Shown here: piece after piece, positions 14,514-16,076 of the stretch
Position numbering within the stretch: the first letter of the stretch is position 1
Layout of the letters: every line of letters begins with the position of its first letter
Virus record (IMG/VR): IMGVR_UViG_3300028454_001165
Coordinates: 64,001 to 80,076 of that record
From: a virus
Lineage: Duplodnaviria > Heunggongvirae > Uroviricota > Caudoviricetes
Length of the DNA: 16,076 nt
Reading direction: 5' to 3' (one strand)
Made by a program: the position numbers and the translations under genes
The notes under the pieces: model-generated
The model's input: only the letters and a program-made list of their open reading frames with translations
Told to the model about the DNA's origin: nothing
Databases searched by the model: none

Positions 14514-14717
14514 ATGAAAAGATCAGATCTGCCCATTGAGAGCCGTTACGCAATAACGATTGAGGAAGCTGCCGGTTATTCTTTGATTGGGGAGAACCGA
14601 CTGCGTAAGATCATAGAGTGCGATCAAACGCTCGAATGGGTCATGCATGTCGGATCACAGGTAAGAATCAAGAGGGAACTGTTTGAGAGGTGGCTGGATG
14701 AGCAGTACCATCTTTGA
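14514..14717 (+). CDS. xis: Tn916-family excisionase
   Basis: Start reassigned to ATG 14514 (SD GGAGGT at 14503-14508), giving 67 aa. MKRSDLPIESRYAITIEEAAGYSLIGENRLRK closely follows the Tn916 Xis pattern (D.PI..RY..TIEEA..Y..IGEN.LR). Confidence 0.9.
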   Translation: MKRSDLPIESRYAITIEEAAGYSLIGENRLRKIIECDQTLEWVMHVGSQVRIKRELFERWLDEQYHL

Positions 14718-14727
14718 AACGGAGAGC

Positions 14728-14756
14728 TTGACAAAGGAGACCATGAGTGGTATAAT
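14728..14756 (+). promoter_or_regulatory. Consensus sigma-70/sigma-A promoter upstream of int
   Basis: TTGACA (14728-14733), 17-nt spacer, TATAAT (14751-14756), plus the extended -10 TG at 14748-14749. Confidence 0.88.
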
Positions 14757-14804
14757 GTCCCTAACACATATCTACCACGAGCATCTTTTGTCAGAAAGGA
14801 GCAA

Positions 14805-16076
14805 ATGATGCCGCAACGCAAAGACATGAAAAACCGGAACTTGCTTCCGGGTGAGTACCAAAAATCTGATGGGAGGTATGAGTATCGTTACACAGATACA
14901 AATGGAAAACAGCGTTCTGTGTACAGTTGGATGCTGACACAGACTGATCGTCCCCCGGCAGGAAAATCATCACCGAAGTGCCTTCGGGAAATCGAACGCG
15001 AGATCGCAAAAGATTTGCAGGACGAGATAGATAGATTCAAGGCACGAAAAATGACGCTCAACGCTTTCTATCTGGACTACATCGAGAATAAAAAGGAACT
15101 CAAGGAAACCACCAGAGTGAACTATAAATATATGTACAAAACCTTTGTGTGGGAGGAGTTTGGCGCAAAAAAGCTGCCGGACATTAAGTATTCCGATGTA
15201 AAGAGATTCTACAATCATCTCATGCGGGACTGTCACATGAAACCCAACACACTTGAGACAATCCACACAATCTTGCATCCGATTTTCGGCACGGCGGTTC
15301 GCGACGGCTACATTCGCACAAACCCCACGGACGGGGTTATGGCAGAGATCAAGAAAAGTAACGATTGGGAGAAACCAAAACGTCATGCTTTGACTGAGTC
15401 GCAACAGATCGCGTTCATAGAGTACATTCGCGACCATCAAACCTATAGTCATTGGCTGCCGCTCATGACGGTTCTGCTCGGGACAGGCGGGCGTGTCGGA
15501 GAAATTCTCGGTCTGACTTGGGACGATGTGGATTTTAGCAATGAAGTTATCAATATCAATCATAATCTACTCTACCACATCAGCGAAGAAACTGGAAAGG
15601 CAAAACTGTCTGTCGGTACACCAAAGACCCGCTCCGGCGAAAGAGAGATTCCAATGTTTTCGGCAGTCAAGGAAACGCTGCTAAAGCTCTATGAGGAGCA
15701 AAAATGCGATGGCTTCTGTAAAACAAATGTGGACGGGTATACAGGTTTCATCTTTATGAACCGATTCGGAGACGTACTTACACCGCCTTGCGTAAACCGG
15801 GTCATCAATCGTGTTCTACGTGATTATAATATTGAGGAAGGAATGCGCGCGGAAAAGGAAGACCGGGAGCCGACATATCTCCCACACTTCTCGGTGCACA
15901 ATCTGCGGCACACATTCTGTACGAGGATGTGCGAGAACGAAACCAATCTGAAAATCATTCAAGAGATCATGGGCCACTCCGATATCACCACGACGATGGA
16001 CATCTACAACGAAGCGACGCGGGAAAAGAAGCGGGAATCGTTCTCCAATCTCGAAGGAAAGATGAAGATCTGCTGA
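14805..16076 (+). CDS. int: Tyrosine integrase, Tn916 Int family
   Basis: 423 aa; the start may be ATG 14808 given SD AAGGAG at 14796-14801. Tn916-type N-terminal arm-binding domain (GEYQKSDGRYEYRY...VYSW.L..TD..PAGK) and catalytic R (GTGGRVGE), K (PKT), HxLRH, MGH and Y (DIY). Confidence 0.94.
   Translation: MMPQRKDMKNRNLLPGEYQKSDGRYEYRYTDTNGKQRSVYSWMLTQTDRPPAGKSSPKCLREIEREIAKDLQDEIDRFKARKMTLNAFYLDYIENKKELKETTRVNYKYMYKTFVWEEFGAKKLPDIKYSDVKRFYNHLMRDCHMKPNTLETIHTILHPIFGTAVRDGYIRTNPTDGVMAEIKKSNDWEKPKRHALTESQQIAFIEYIRDHQTYSHWLPLMTVLLGTGGRVGEILGLTWDDVDFSNEVININHNLLYHISEETGKAKLSVGTPKTRSGEREIPMFSAVKETLLKLYEEQKCDGFCKTNVDGYTGFIFMNRFGDVLTPPCVNRVINRVLRDYNIEEGMRAEKEDREPTYLPHFSVHNLRHTFCTRMCENETNLKIIQEIMGHSDITTTMDIYNEATREKKRESFSNLEGKMKIC

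Larger units (their letters stand above)
1..16076 (+). mobile_element. Temperate tailed phage / prophage segment (tail, DGR, lysis and integration modules)
   Basis: Co-oriented, tightly packed genes in canonical siphovirus order (TMP-Dit-Tal-fibre-XkdX-lysis) followed by xis-int. No att site is visible and the window ends exactly at the int stop codon. Confidence 0.93.

Overview
The window is the late (tail and lysis) end plus the recombination module of a temperate tailed phage or prophage, with all credible genes on the + strand. A Bacillota host is inferred from the Amidase_2 endolysin, XkdX-like gene, Tn916-type xis/int and strong Shine-Dalgarno sites. Gene order: 5'-truncated tape measure protein, distal tail protein, Tal/tail spike, an 807-aa six-module adhesin-like tail protein, a small protein, a DGR target protein, a tail-chaperone-like protein, an XkdX-like gene (missing from the ORF track), avd, template repeat (TR), reverse transcriptase, amidase/phosphodiester-glycosidase endolysin, three membrane/holin-like genes (one frameshifted), terminator, Tn916-like excisionase and integrase. 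The main result is a complete diversity-generating retroelement. TR (10635-10720) and VR (9474-9559) align without gaps over 86 nt with 14 mismatches, 13 of them at TR adenines. The avd-TR-RT cassette overlaps its neighbours on both sides within the late operon. DGRs are a known class. The least explained elements are the amidase + NAGPA-like endolysin, the structured TR-RT spacer, the six-module adhesin next to a hypervariable protein, and the Tn916-type module with a perfect consensus promoter in front of int. All family assignments come from motif recognition by eye; no database searches were run.
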